From a virus (taxonomy: Duplodnaviria; Caudoviricetes), in the IMG/VR virus record IMGVR_UViG_3300014732_000001, positions 1 through 64,000 of that record: a DNA stretch of 64,000 nucleotides; one strand, given 5' to 3'. Positions 55,729 through 63,832 of this stretch are shown here, one piece after another; the stretch's first letter is position 1, and every line of letters begins with the position of its first letter. The notes beneath the pieces were generated by a model, which saw nothing but the letters and a program-made list of their open reading frames with translations, searched no databases and was not told the DNA's origin. A program made the position numbers and the translations under genes.

Positions 55729-56538
55729 TTACTCCTTAATGTGTGAGCGGTATTTTTGCTCTGCGTCTTCTCTTGCCTTAACTGCATCGTCGAAATTCTC
55801 AAACAGACCGAGGTATATAGCAGTATTATCCACATATATAGTAGATACCCATTTTTGGTGCTTACTGTTGAAGCTTACACCAGCTCTCCCGGATGTATTG
55901 TTTGAGAACAATCCCTTGTTTATCGCTTGTAACGGAGGGCTTGCCCACCTACAATTCTCCTTGCAGTAGTCTCCATCTGGGTCTGTTCGATCAATGGAAT
56001 AACCCTCTGGACACGGACCCATATCTTCGTAGAACTTTACAAATGAAGACCTCCACTCGGAACTTACATCAATCCCTTTGTCATAATACCACTTCCTGGT
56101 GCTCTCATATGGACTAGACGTTCTGGCAATAATTCCCGCCCATACCTTGTACTCCTTAGAATTACTAAGTCCGTGATCTTCCCTGCGACTTCCCCTCTTG
56201 TTTTCCAAAGAGCAACCACAACTTTTCGTACTCCCGTTTCGGAGATGGCCTGCTTCTACATCTTTTATCTCTCCGCAAGAACATCTTACTGTATAAAAAG
56301 CAGATTTACCCCTACTGGGAGCTTTATCTATCACAGTTAACTTACCAAACACATCACCATTAGATAATGGCTTACCAAGAGGTTTCTTCGTGCATGAACA
56401 AGTAACTTTTGCTATATAGTCCGACCTAACTTTTTCCAGAAAGTCTCCACAAACTTTACACTCAGCAGAGAAAAACTTCCTACCTTTCTCTGTGAAAGTG
56501 CTTTGTATTTCCCACTTACCTATCTGCTTGATAGTCAT
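55729..56538 (-). CDS. HNH homing endonuclease with AP2-like C-terminus
   Basis: 'FGKLTVI..C.CG..STKSCGC..SIDRTDPDGDYCKENCRWA..NNTSG..GV..YLG.F'. Confidence 0.86.
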   Translation of the reverse strand: MTIKQIGKWEIQSTFTEKGRKFFSAECKVCGDFLEKVRSDYIAKVTCSCTKKPLGKPLSNGDVFGKLTVIDKAPSRGKSAFYTVRCSCGEIKDVEAGHLRNGSTKSCGCSLENKRGSRREDHGLSNSKEYKVWAGIIARTSSPYESTRKWYYDKGIDVSSEWRSSFVKFYEDMGPCPEGYSIDRTDPDGDYCKENCRWASPPLQAINKGLFSNNTSGRAGVSFNSKHQKWVSTIYVDNTAIYLGLFENFDDAVKAREDAEQKYRSHIKE

Positions 56539-56540
56539 TA

Positions 56541-57314
56541 TCACCAAGTACCTTGTTGTTCAAACACGTTCGCCAAGTGCCCCGCAATACCACTTCGGCA
56601 GTTATCTTTCGGAGTAAATCTAATAATTTCTGCATCCTCGTGTGGGTAAGCAGAGAGAACGTTTTCCAACACCTGCAAACCATTCTCGCCTTTCAGTGGG
56701 CTCTGGGTTTTGTCTCCTGCACATATCAGCAAAGCGCCCTCCTCAGCCCTCGTAACAAGAGCTTTGACTTGAGCAGGAGTACACCCCTGTACTTCATCAG
56801 CCAGAATAATTGTTCGGTCGTCGAAAGACAACCCCTGTATCTTCTCCACCGGGACAATACTAATTCCACTTACTTCATTGAAGAGGCTTTCCATAATCTC
56901 CATACGGAAGTTATTTTTAAGGATACCGGAACCTAAATACTTCTTAAACTTCATCATCATACTCATGCAGAAGGGCAGAAGCTTCAACGTGTCATTCCCA
57001 GTGACCGCACCATAGTCGTTACCGAGGTGTTGGTGTGGGCGAGTGATTACGATGTTGTCAATCTTACCTTCAAGCCAAAGTTTGCTAGCATACCAGCACA
57101 TGATTTCTGACTTCCCGGCACCTGCACTGCCACTAAGAACCACCAGTTGCTTCTCTTCAAAAGCTTTTAGTGCCCTCCGCTGAGCATCATTTTTTGCAAC
57201 GAGCGGGATAATCCGCCGTGACTCTTCAAACTTCCCCTCAATGACACGACCAGTCTCTTCTTTCTTAGTGTTCCGTGCCTCTCGCACTGCCGCTTGATTT
57301 CGCTTCGCCATCAC
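56541..57314 (-). CDS. phoH: PhoH-like ATPase
   Basis: 'GSAGAGKS', 'TRP', 'IQGLSFD', 'ADEVQ', 'GDKTQS', 'RSG'. Confidence 0.88.
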   Translation of the reverse strand: MMAKRNQAAVREARNTKKEETGRVIEGKFEESRRIIPLVAKNDAQRRALKAFEEKQLVVLSGSAGAGKSEIMCWYASKLWLEGKIDNIVITRPHQHLGNDYGAVTGNDTLKLLPFCMSMMMKFKKYLGSGILKNNFRMEIMESLFNEVSGISIVPVEKIQGLSFDDRTIILADEVQGCTPAQVKALVTRAEEGALLICAGDKTQSPLKGENGLQVLENVLSAYPHEDAEIIRFTPKDNCRSGIAGHLANVFEQQGTW

Positions 57315-57505
57315 ATTTCCCCTTCTGTATGAAAAACAGCATCAAATGTTTCTTCTACGGACAAGCCAGAAATGAATGTCTGTAAGACATCACTACGCAT
57401 ACGTGACACATCAGAGAAATCTAGTCCTTGAAGATATGCATAATTTTCCACTTCTTTGTAGAAGTCAACAAAATGTGATTCTTTATAAATATTTTTATTG
57501 CTCAA
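57311..57505 (-). CDS. Hypothetical protein
   Basis: 64 aa. Confidence 0.65.
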   Translation of the reverse strand: MSNKNIYKESHFVDFYKEVENYAYLQGLDFSDVSRMRSDVLQTFISGLSVEETFDAVFHTEGEM

Positions 57506-57653
57506 TTCTTTTTCTCCTTACACAAAACTAATACTAATATGACTAAACACCCAAATCAAACTTTCAATGACTCCCCAACCAACGATGGCTGAAATGATGC
57601 AAGCCACGATAATAAAAGCTCCCGCAGCATCTGCTATGCCTTTTCCCCACATA

Positions 57654-57887
57654 TTAGTTCTCCTCCAAAATCAAATGATACAAATTCCTATCTTTGAGAA
57701 TCTTACTAAGCTTCATATTCTCTTCGATTAGCATTTTACGCTCTCCAATCGTAACTTGCAACAAAAACTCCAAGGTTTTTGTGTAGTTGCACATATTTAA
57801 ATCATCACGTAGAAGGATGCTCTGAATCGTACCAGACTGAGAGTGTGGGTCAAGCTGTTTGATGAAGTCAATCTGCTGCGTGTTCAA
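57654..57887 (-). CDS. Hypothetical protein
   Basis: 77 aa. Confidence 0.6.
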   Translation of the reverse strand: MNTQQIDFIKQLDPHSQSGTIQSILLRDDLNMCNYTKTLEFLLQVTIGERKMLIEENMKLSKILKDRNLYHLILEEN

Positions 57888-58105
57888 GAGTCTTTTCCTC
57901 GCCTGTATTCAAATTTAGCACCGTTGTTACAATAGGCAATTGCTTCCCCAGTAATATCAAAAGAATACCGCTTCATTCCGCCATTATATTTGCACTTTTC
58001 AACAGCAATCACCAGTTCTTTTTCATCTATATCTGCATTCAGATTAAGTGCCATCATCAGACCGATGACAGGTCCAATAACCAACCCTGCGAAAAAGTCA
58101 CTCAT
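57884..58105 (-). CDS. Membrane-anchored small protein
   Basis: MSDFFAGLVIG TM, then Cys pair. Confidence 0.62.
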   Translation of the reverse strand: MSDFFAGLVIGPVIGLMMALNLNADIDEKELVIAVEKCKYNGGMKRYSFDITGEAIAYCNNGAKFEYRRGKDS

Positions 58106-58234
58106 CCTTCTCATCTCCTCTCTTAATTTCATAAAGAAGCTTTATAAGCTCATCATCACGCCTTGTTCGTATTTCAATATGTCCATATAGCTTTAAGACA
58201 GCTTCAACTACAATTGCAAGCTTTTCCTCTTGTG

Positions 58235-58591
58235 TCAATTTACAAATTCTCCTGTTTTAATGGCTAACCACTTCGGTGTTGCACTAAACTCTAGTGCTTT
58301 TACAGTGAATAGGTGTTCAACAAAGCAAAAATCATCTGAGTAGTGAGCTTTAACATCTTCTGCTGACTTAAAGAACCCATCGAGCATCTTCACTACTTGA
58401 CAGTAGCACGTTTCCTGATTATTAATCAACACCCAACGATAGTATAGCGTGTTGTTCTCATGCAACCAACCAACGCCATCGCACAAACTGCAACGAATAG
58501 GCCCGATTGCATCATATCCGTGCTCTGCAAAGCCGTGATTGTAGAACCCCTCAATACCAGTACCAGAGCATTTGTAACACTCAATGTTCAT
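58235..58591 (-). CDS. DnaJ-type Zn-finger protein
   Basis: 'CYKCSGTG' and 'CSLCDGVG'. Confidence 0.65.
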   Translation of the reverse strand: MNIECYKCSGTGIEGFYNHGFAEHGYDAIGPIRCSLCDGVGWLHENNTLYYRWVLINNQETCYCQVVKMLDGFFKSAEDVKAHYSDDFCFVEHLFTVKALEFSATPKWLAIKTGEFVN

Positions 58592-58947
58592 TTCTTCTCC
58601 TTGTAATGTTCCAAGAACAACCCTACTTCTTCGACAGCACTCATCTGTGGGTTCATATTAGCAAGTTGTTTCAGTGTTGTGCAACCACAATCTGCAAGAT
58701 ATTCCTTGATATCCACTCCAAGATGCTTAGCAGCTCGCTTCAAATATTTAGTATCAGTGTTAGGAATATAACTGGCGGGCATACGCAGGCCATATTCTTT
58801 TGCCAATGAGCGATGGTAATTCTCATCTGCATAATTCTGACGAAGAGATTCACCAGCTTTCTTTTTCTCTTCACGTTTAGCTTTGGCCTTCTCAAGCATC
58901 AAAGCTCTGTCTTCTTGACTTATGTTTTTAAGGTAGTCTTTGTTCAT
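58588..58947 (-). CDS. Hypothetical protein
   Basis: Start refined to MNKDYL, GGAGGAG RBS. Confidence 0.72.
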   Translation of the reverse strand: MNKDYLKNISQEDRALMLEKAKAKREEKKKAGESLRQNYADENYHRSLAKEYGLRMPASYIPNTDTKYLKRAAKHLGVDIKEYLADCGCTTLKQLANMNPQMSAVEEVGLFLEHYKEKK

Positions 58948-59038
58948 ATTCTCCTCCGTTCGCAAGTGTTTCGGGGTGAAACCGTAGCGTTGATTTACAC
59001 CCCTATTTTTAACGCTAAAGATGGCCTTTCAGGTTATC

Positions 59039-59476
59039 TCAGACCCAATCTACAGACGTAATTGTATCGGCTACAGCAGGAACAATATCTTTTGTCTCTA
59101 CATCTCCAGAAACAGGGTCTGTTACAGTGACACGGAAGAAATCTGCACCACCGTAGCTGCTTCCGTATCCTGTCCCATCTAGACGCTCCAGCACAGCAGA
59201 GTATTTATCAAAGACAGCCTTAAGTTCATTCAGAAACAAGCGCATCGCATTTAGCTCTGGTTCCTCCGTTCCATCTGTAATAGCTTGCAGAGCTTGCTCG
59301 ACCCAACTGAGGACAGTACCCAGATTAACAAGAATTGCATCCATGGCGACATCCACATCGTCTGGAATTACAACACCCTCATCTTCTACCAAGCTGACTT
59401 TATCCATCATATCAAGCAGACCAGTACGCAGTGCTGTAGCATCAGCTTTAATTGAATTCAGTGTTTCAATTGTCAT
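59039..59476 (-). CDS. Hypothetical acidic protein
   Basis: 145 aa. Confidence 0.72.
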   Translation of the reverse strand: MTIETLNSIKADATALRTGLLDMMDKVSLVEDEGVVIPDDVDVAMDAILVNLGTVLSWVEQALQAITDGTEEPELNAMRLFLNELKAVFDKYSAVLERLDGTGYGSSYGGADFFRVTVTDPVSGDVETKDIVPAVADTITSVDWV

Positions 59477-59684
59477 TCGTTTTCTCCTTTACTCGTTCTT
59501 CTATCATAGACCAAACCTTTTCATATTCTGGCCAATCATTCTCGACTACTACACAGTCTATAGTCGGTAATGCGTAACCATCTGGTCCGCTCACGTTCAG
59601 CAGCTCATTAAGCCTGCTCAATTGTTTGTCGTCCAGCTTCGATATCTTAAATACTACATACCGCATTTCTCGTTTAAAACTCAT
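59466..59684 (-). CDS. Hypothetical protein
   Basis: 72 aa. Confidence 0.68.
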   Translation of the reverse strand: MSFKREMRYVVFKISKLDDKQLSRLNELLNVSGPDGYALPTIDCVVVENDWPEYEKVWSMIEERVKEKTNDN

Positions 59685-59836
59685 TTCAATTCCTCCAATG
59701 TCTTTTCAACAGGTGTTCCAACGATGTAGAGCCTCATTATGTCTGAGTATTCTTTCTGCGTCAAGGGGCGTTCAAGCTTTTCTTTTAGCTGCCTCAGATA
59801 CCACTCCCACCCGCCTTCTGTGAGATGTTCTTTCAT
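59681..59836 (-). CDS. Hypothetical protein
   Basis: Start refined to MKEHLT. Confidence 0.58.
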   Translation of the reverse strand: MKEHLTEGGWEWYLRQLKEKLERPLTQKEYSDIMRLYIVGTPVEKTLEELK

Positions 59837-60015
59837 TGGATAAACACCTCGTAAACACATTGATCCGTGTAAGGGTCCCACCGAATAATGTCTTGTTCTA
59901 CACTGGAACAGACACTCCACTTATCACCAAAATACGGATCATAACCATCGTAACAATTCACAACAGCTTCTTGATCCATCTCTTGCAGCTTTTCAATCAG
60001 TTCTTTCACTTTCAT
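59833..60015 (-). CDS. Hypothetical protein
   Basis: MKVKELIEKL, similar start to 47849-48100. Confidence 0.65.
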   Translation of the reverse strand: MKVKELIEKLQEMDQEAVVNCYDGYDPYFGDKWSVCSSVEQDIIRWDPYTDQCVYEVFIQ

Positions 60016-60197
60016 TTCAACCCACTCCTCTCCAGAAGGACTGCAATTGTCTCTTTCGTAAATTCACTGTCTGAATGGTGTCCAAACCATTCACAAGCGT
60101 TTACAACACCGAACTCACGAATCATATTCTCAAACACATCAGCAAAGCACTTAACCTCTACAGGAGGAATTGCTTTGGGTAGTCCGTAATCTTTCAT
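60012..60197 (-). CDS. Hypothetical protein
   Basis: MKDYGL start, AGGAG RBS. Confidence 0.62.
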   Translation of the reverse strand: MKDYGLPKAIPPVEVKCFADVFENMIREFGVVNACEWFGHHSDSEFTKETIAVLLERSGLK

Positions 60198-60230
60198 TTC
60201 AACTCTCCTCTTTATTGAACAGCTAGGAGA

Positions 60231-60325
60231 AGAATACATCCCCTTACTCCTGCACGTCAAGCAATTTCTTTAAGAAAATTTATTTGTTTTGTGTGTTGAC
60301 AGGAGGGGAGAGGTGGGGTTACTAT
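60231..60325. promoter_or_regulatory. Back-to-back sigma70 promoters at head of cassette copy 3
   Basis: Minus: TTGACG (60260)-N18-TATTCT; plus: TTGACA (60296)-N18-TACTAT. Confidence 0.62.
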
Positions 60326-60341
60326 TGGTCATCACTAGGTG

Positions 60342-60620
60342 ATGTGAAAATCTTTCCTACACCATGTGAACAACGTTCCTACATTTATAGGAACAAATGA
60401 CACAGTAGTAAGATAGAAAGAGAAAGATAGATTTAAGAAAGAGCTTTACTTATAGGAACAAAATTCCTATTCTTTTCTTTCTTGTATTTGGTTGTATCGG
60501 TGCTAGGCTTTTAGAGGTCGAAGACCGATATACATTTTGTTGGTGCAAGAAGCGAGAGCGAATTAGAAGAAAGATTGTTGTAGGAACAATTTTCCTATAT
60601 TGTGTGAACAATGATCATAC
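60342..60620 (+). repeat. Iteron-like 19-bp imperfect palindromes and conserved core, cassette copy 3
   Basis: Six copies at 60342, 60364, 60387, 60452 (perfect ATAGGAA-N5-TTCCTAT), 60580, 60602; core 60494-60560. Confidence 0.82.
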
Positions 60621-60629
60621 GGAGGTGTT

Positions 60630-60752
60630 ATGAACCTAAAGCTACCATTCTTGGTACTACAGTGGATTGATGACAATAGAGGGGGTAAGACACGCAAAGC
60701 ATTTATCGTAGATTGTTTAGTGATGTTGGTAAAAGAAAACAGGAAGCCTTAA
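60630..60752 (+). CDS. Small ribbon-helix-helix (CopG/Arc-like) protein, cassette copy 3
   Basis: 40 aa MNLKLPFLVLQWIDDNRGGKTRKAFIVDCLV..., GGAGG RBS; shares WID.NRG..R...I..CL with 30697-30822; absent from track. Confidence 0.7.
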   Translation: MNLKLPFLVLQWIDDNRGGKTRKAFIVDCLVMLVKENRKP

Positions 60753-60800
60753 AACTTTAATACTCAGGCTTACCGTAGAAAATCTAGTATGGAGGTAAGT

Positions 60801-61295
60801 ATGCAAGAAATAGATGAACAGTTTTACAAATTCCCTAAAATGCTGATGATGGCAGATGCTTATGTGAGCAGGAAAACGGGAGAGATTGTTAGGTTGACAG
60901 ACGCAGATAAGAATGTGTATGTTGTGATGAAAGCTCGTAACGAGTTCTTTGACAACCATTACGACAAGCAATCGGACATTGCAGAGATGTGTAACCTTAC
61001 AGTCAGGAAGGCCGGAGGGGCCATCCGTGAATTTACAAAACACGGTATCATTGAGAGCAGTAAGGTTTATTCAGGCGGAGAGCACAAGAATCTCAAGTAC
61101 ACCAAGATTCATTGCTTGGAGCTTCTAAGGGGCGAGGGTGAAGGAGGTAAACGGAAACACATACCAATAGGCGTTCTCCCAGAGACAATCTGGCAGAAGG
61201 TTGAGAAGAGGGCTGTTATGCCTAAGGTAGTACAACAGAAGAGTATTTATACACCAGCACCAAACTGGGACGACGAAGAAGGATTACCATTTTAG
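60801..61295 (+). CDS. RepA_N-like winged-HTH protein, cassette copy 3
   Basis: 'FYKFPKMLM..AYVS..G..V.LTDADKNVY'; ends WDDEEGLPF; start at 60801 after GGAGG. Confidence 0.72.
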   Translation: MQEIDEQFYKFPKMLMMADAYVSRKTGEIVRLTDADKNVYVVMKARNEFFDNHYDKQSDIAEMCNLTVRKAGGAIREFTKHGIIESSKVYSGGEHKNLKYTKIHCLELLRGEGEGGKRKHIPIGVLPETIWQKVEKRAVMPKVVQQKSIYTPAPNWDDEEGLPF

Positions 61296-61303
61296 GAGGA
61301 TTT

Positions 61304-61600
61304 ATGAGTTTTGATGTAGGAGATACAGTTTATGCCCTTAGGGTATTGGGTAGGTCTGCTTGCTGTGAGGCCCCGTCTATGCTTTTTGCCATGCGTGGGG
61401 ATGAGCTAGAAATTTTGAAAGTGCATGAACCAAAACCTTATGATAAAACCACATGGTATGAAGTTAGATTGAAGCGAGGGTCTGGTGAATTCTCTGTCAC
61501 ATTTGGCGACATCACAAAGATGAGGCATTTTGAATTTAACTACAGCGAGTTTCAAAAAGAACTTGACAAAGAAAGGGCAAGAGACTATGGAGGCTGGTAA
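61304..61600 (+). CDS. Hypothetical SH3-like protein
   Basis: 98 aa, AGGAGG RBS overlapping upstream stop. Confidence 0.68.
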   Translation: MSFDVGDTVYALRVLGRSACCEAPSMLFAMRGDELEILKVHEPKPYDKTTWYEVRLKRGSGEFSVTFGDITKMRHFEFNYSEFQKELDKERARDYGGW

Positions 61601-61738
61601 AATAATGTGTTTCAGGAAGCGTTTTAATTGGCAAGGAGTTGTTCCCGTTGGTTTGAAATATTTTAATTGTGGAGAGCTTGTCAAAGAGAAGATTTGTGTG
61701 TAGGATGTAGTCATCAAATTGTTCTGGAGGTTTTTAGC

Positions 61739-62272
61739 GTGAAACAGAAGATTTACTTGATGAAGAATGACTTTGGTTTGCATAAAATCGGTATCAGTTT
61801 GAATCCGAAAAAGCGTGCTATGGAGAGGAAGATTAGGAAGAGCTACAAACCACTTCGCAATCTTGCAAAGCTAGCAGTATTGATTGCTATGAACAGTCCC
61901 GACTATCCAAACGCAATGTCAGCTTTGACAAACAAGATTAATGAGGACCGCAAGCGGCCAGAGAAGCAGCAGAAGTTTTATGGGATTGATGGTGTTGTCC
62001 CCGTTGGTAAGGTGTTCGAGGCATTACAGAACCACAACGACTTGATCCGTGAAGTTTTCTTTTCAGACAAAGGTGTTGTGTTGCAAAAGTACGATAGTGA
62101 TATTATGATGCGTGTAATCGAGATTGTTCTTCAGACAGGGAACAGTATTTTGTGCTACCATGACTCAGCCTTGGTGAAAGAATCAGCCAAAGAGATTCTG
62201 AGGGACGCTATGCGAGTGGCATGGAAAGAGATTCTTGGGGATGATACATTTTGCAGAATTGAGGAGAAGTAA
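61739..62272 (+). pseudogene. Chimeric remnant: GIY-YIG/T5orf172 N-terminus fused to C-terminus of a polymerase-fold (HDS motif) protein
   Basis: 'IYLMKNDFGLHKIGISLNPKKRA' then 'RNLAKLAVLIAMN...LQKYDSDIM...LCYHDSALV'; GTG start after GGAGG. Confidence 0.5.
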
Positions 62273-62497
62273 ATGAAACCAATTTCAGAAATGACAGACA
62301 ACGAGTTTGATAAATATTTGAAGACGATCAAACCAACACTGCCTCCGTGGTGCAAGGATGGTGCAAAATGCTCACATTACTCTTCTGAGGGATTTGTTGA
62401 TCGTAATGGAAATCGAGCTGTTGTGACAATTGCCCATTGGGTGGATAAGAAGGGGGAGAAGAAAGAGTCTGTTTCAACAGTAAAATGGGAGAAATAA
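62273..62497 (+). CDS. Hypothetical protein
   Basis: 74 aa, GAGGAG RBS. Confidence 0.68.
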   Translation: MKPISEMTDNEFDKYLKTIKPTLPPWCKDGAKCSHYSSEGFVDRNGNRAVVTIAHWVDKKGEKKESVSTVKWEK

Positions 62498-62498
62498 A

Positions 62499-62702
62499 AT
62501 GATTTTCAAAAAGAAATATAAGCGGACTGAGTGGATGAATGGGCTTTTGGAAGCTGAGGAACTAATAAAAGAAAAGCCAACATTCGTTGGAGGGGTTTCA
62601 CATATACTCAGAGGCTGCACTGAATATGAGGATGGTGTGTACGATTATCTTGAGCATTACGAAGAAAATAAAGAAATTCTATCAAATGGGCTTGACAAAT
62701 AG
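62499..62702 (+). CDS. Hypothetical protein
   Basis: 67 aa. Confidence 0.65.
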   Translation: MIFKKKYKRTEWMNGLLEAEELIKEKPTFVGGVSHILRGCTEYEDGVYDYLEHYEENKEILSNGLDK

Positions 62703-62751
62703 AATTTTCATGCTACTATCTCCCACATAACCAACAAAGAAGGAGGTCGCC

Positions 62752-62931
62752 ATGAGCGATGATGTATGCCACGTTTGTGGCGATTTAAAAGACGAAGAAG
62801 GAAATTGCTACACTTGCTCTGATGAGCATATTGATTTGCGTAAAGATTTTGTGTGGGAATACGGACACGAGTCGATAACTCAAAAAGATACACAATTTAG
62901 GAAAATATTGCCATTTTATGAAGATTTTTAA
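62752..62931 (+). CDS. Small Zn-finger protein
   Basis: 59 aa 'CHVCGD...CYTC', AGGAGG RBS, promoter near 62693; not in track. Confidence 0.62.
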   Translation: MSDDVCHVCGDLKDEEGNCYTCSDEHIDLRKDFVWEYGHESITQKDTQFRKILPFYEDF

Positions 62932-62950
62932 CATTTAAGTTAAATAATGC

Positions 62951-62980
62951 TTGACAATGAGCAATAATGTGATCTATAAT
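62951..62980 (+). promoter_or_regulatory. Strong sigma70 promoter
   Basis: TTGACA-N18-TATAAT. Confidence 0.75.
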
Positions 62981-62986
62981 GAACCC

Positions 62987-63132
62987 GAGTAAGACAGAAA
63001 ACTTTCTGTACTTATCACGGCTGCGCAACAGCCGATAAAAACACGCAATAGAGACTCTTATAGCAAGTTACCTTTTAGCAGGGCTTGCGTGTCCCTGTTG
63101 CGGCTAACTGGTGACTTGACTATAGGAGTTTT
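62987..63132 (+). ncRNA. Structured RNA / leader with two predicted pseudoknots that sequesters the HNH RBS
   Basis: Two 5' hairpins, a 19-bp stem 63054-63072/63110-63129 containing AGGAG, and two long-range complements (63041-48/63085-92; 63024-31/63095-102); folded by eye only. Confidence 0.55.
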
Positions 63133-63136
63133 AAAA

Positions 63137-63832
63137 TTGCTAGCTTATACATCTACAGGATTACCCAAAATTATCGGAACAGGCGGTGAAGCGGAAGCTA
63201 TTCTTCTCCACAGCGTGGAGAATTCTATGGGTTGTTGGTTATGGACGGGCCGCCGACACAACTGTGGCTACGGTCAGATAAAAGTAGATTTGAGAGATAA
63301 GATGGTTCATAGGGTTTCTTATGAAGCTTTTATTGGACCAATCCCAGAAGGTCTCTTGATTCGACATCGTTGTCACGAAAAGCTTTGCTGTAACCCTCTT
63401 CACCTCGAACCGGGCACAGACCGCGATAATTGGTTGGACATGCTCGTAGATGGCCACACAAGACTTATTGAACAAAATGGTTCTGATAATCTTATGGCTA
63501 AGCTTACAGAAGAGCAAGTTTACGAGATCAGGGAAAGATTTAAGACTGGTAAAATATTAAGCAAAGAGCTTGCAGAGGAATACGGTGTAGCACGTCGAGC
63601 TATAGAACGGACAATATGCGGAACAGCATATTCTTGTTACACCAAAATTCCTCCTTACGATTGGCGAGATTTGGATGTTGAAATGTTCCATGATCGGCTT
63701 ACAAGGAAAGGCAAAGCCGTTATTGAGAAAATGCTTCTTGATGGACTCTCCAGAAAAGAGATTCTGAACAAGACAAATTTCACACCTAAAATGATTTACA
63801 AAGTTGCTAATCAAGATTATAAGGATTTATAA
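63137..63832 (+). CDS. HNH (His-Me finger) homing endonuclease with C-terminal HTH domains
   Basis: 'GCWLWTG...GYG..HRVSY..FIGPIPEGL.IRHRC...CCNP.HL..GT..DN..DM'; 'KLTEEQV.EIR'; TTG start after AGGAG. Confidence 0.87.
   Translation: MLAYTSTGLPKIIGTGGEAEAILLHSVENSMGCWLWTGRRHNCGYGQIKVDLRDKMVHRVSYEAFIGPIPEGLLIRHRCHEKLCCNPLHLEPGTDRDNWLDMLVDGHTRLIEQNGSDNLMAKLTEEQVYEIRERFKTGKILSKELAEEYGVARRAIERTICGTAYSCYTKIPPYDWRDLDVEMFHDRLTRKGKAVIEKMLLDGLSRKEILNKTNFTPKMIYKVANQDYKDL

Noticed and set aside
62987-63832. IscB/HEARO-type RNA-guided nuclease system
   Set aside because: The protein has no RuvC, PLMP or bridge-helix features and looks like an ordinary His-Me finger HEG; the RNA is kept as a separate finding.
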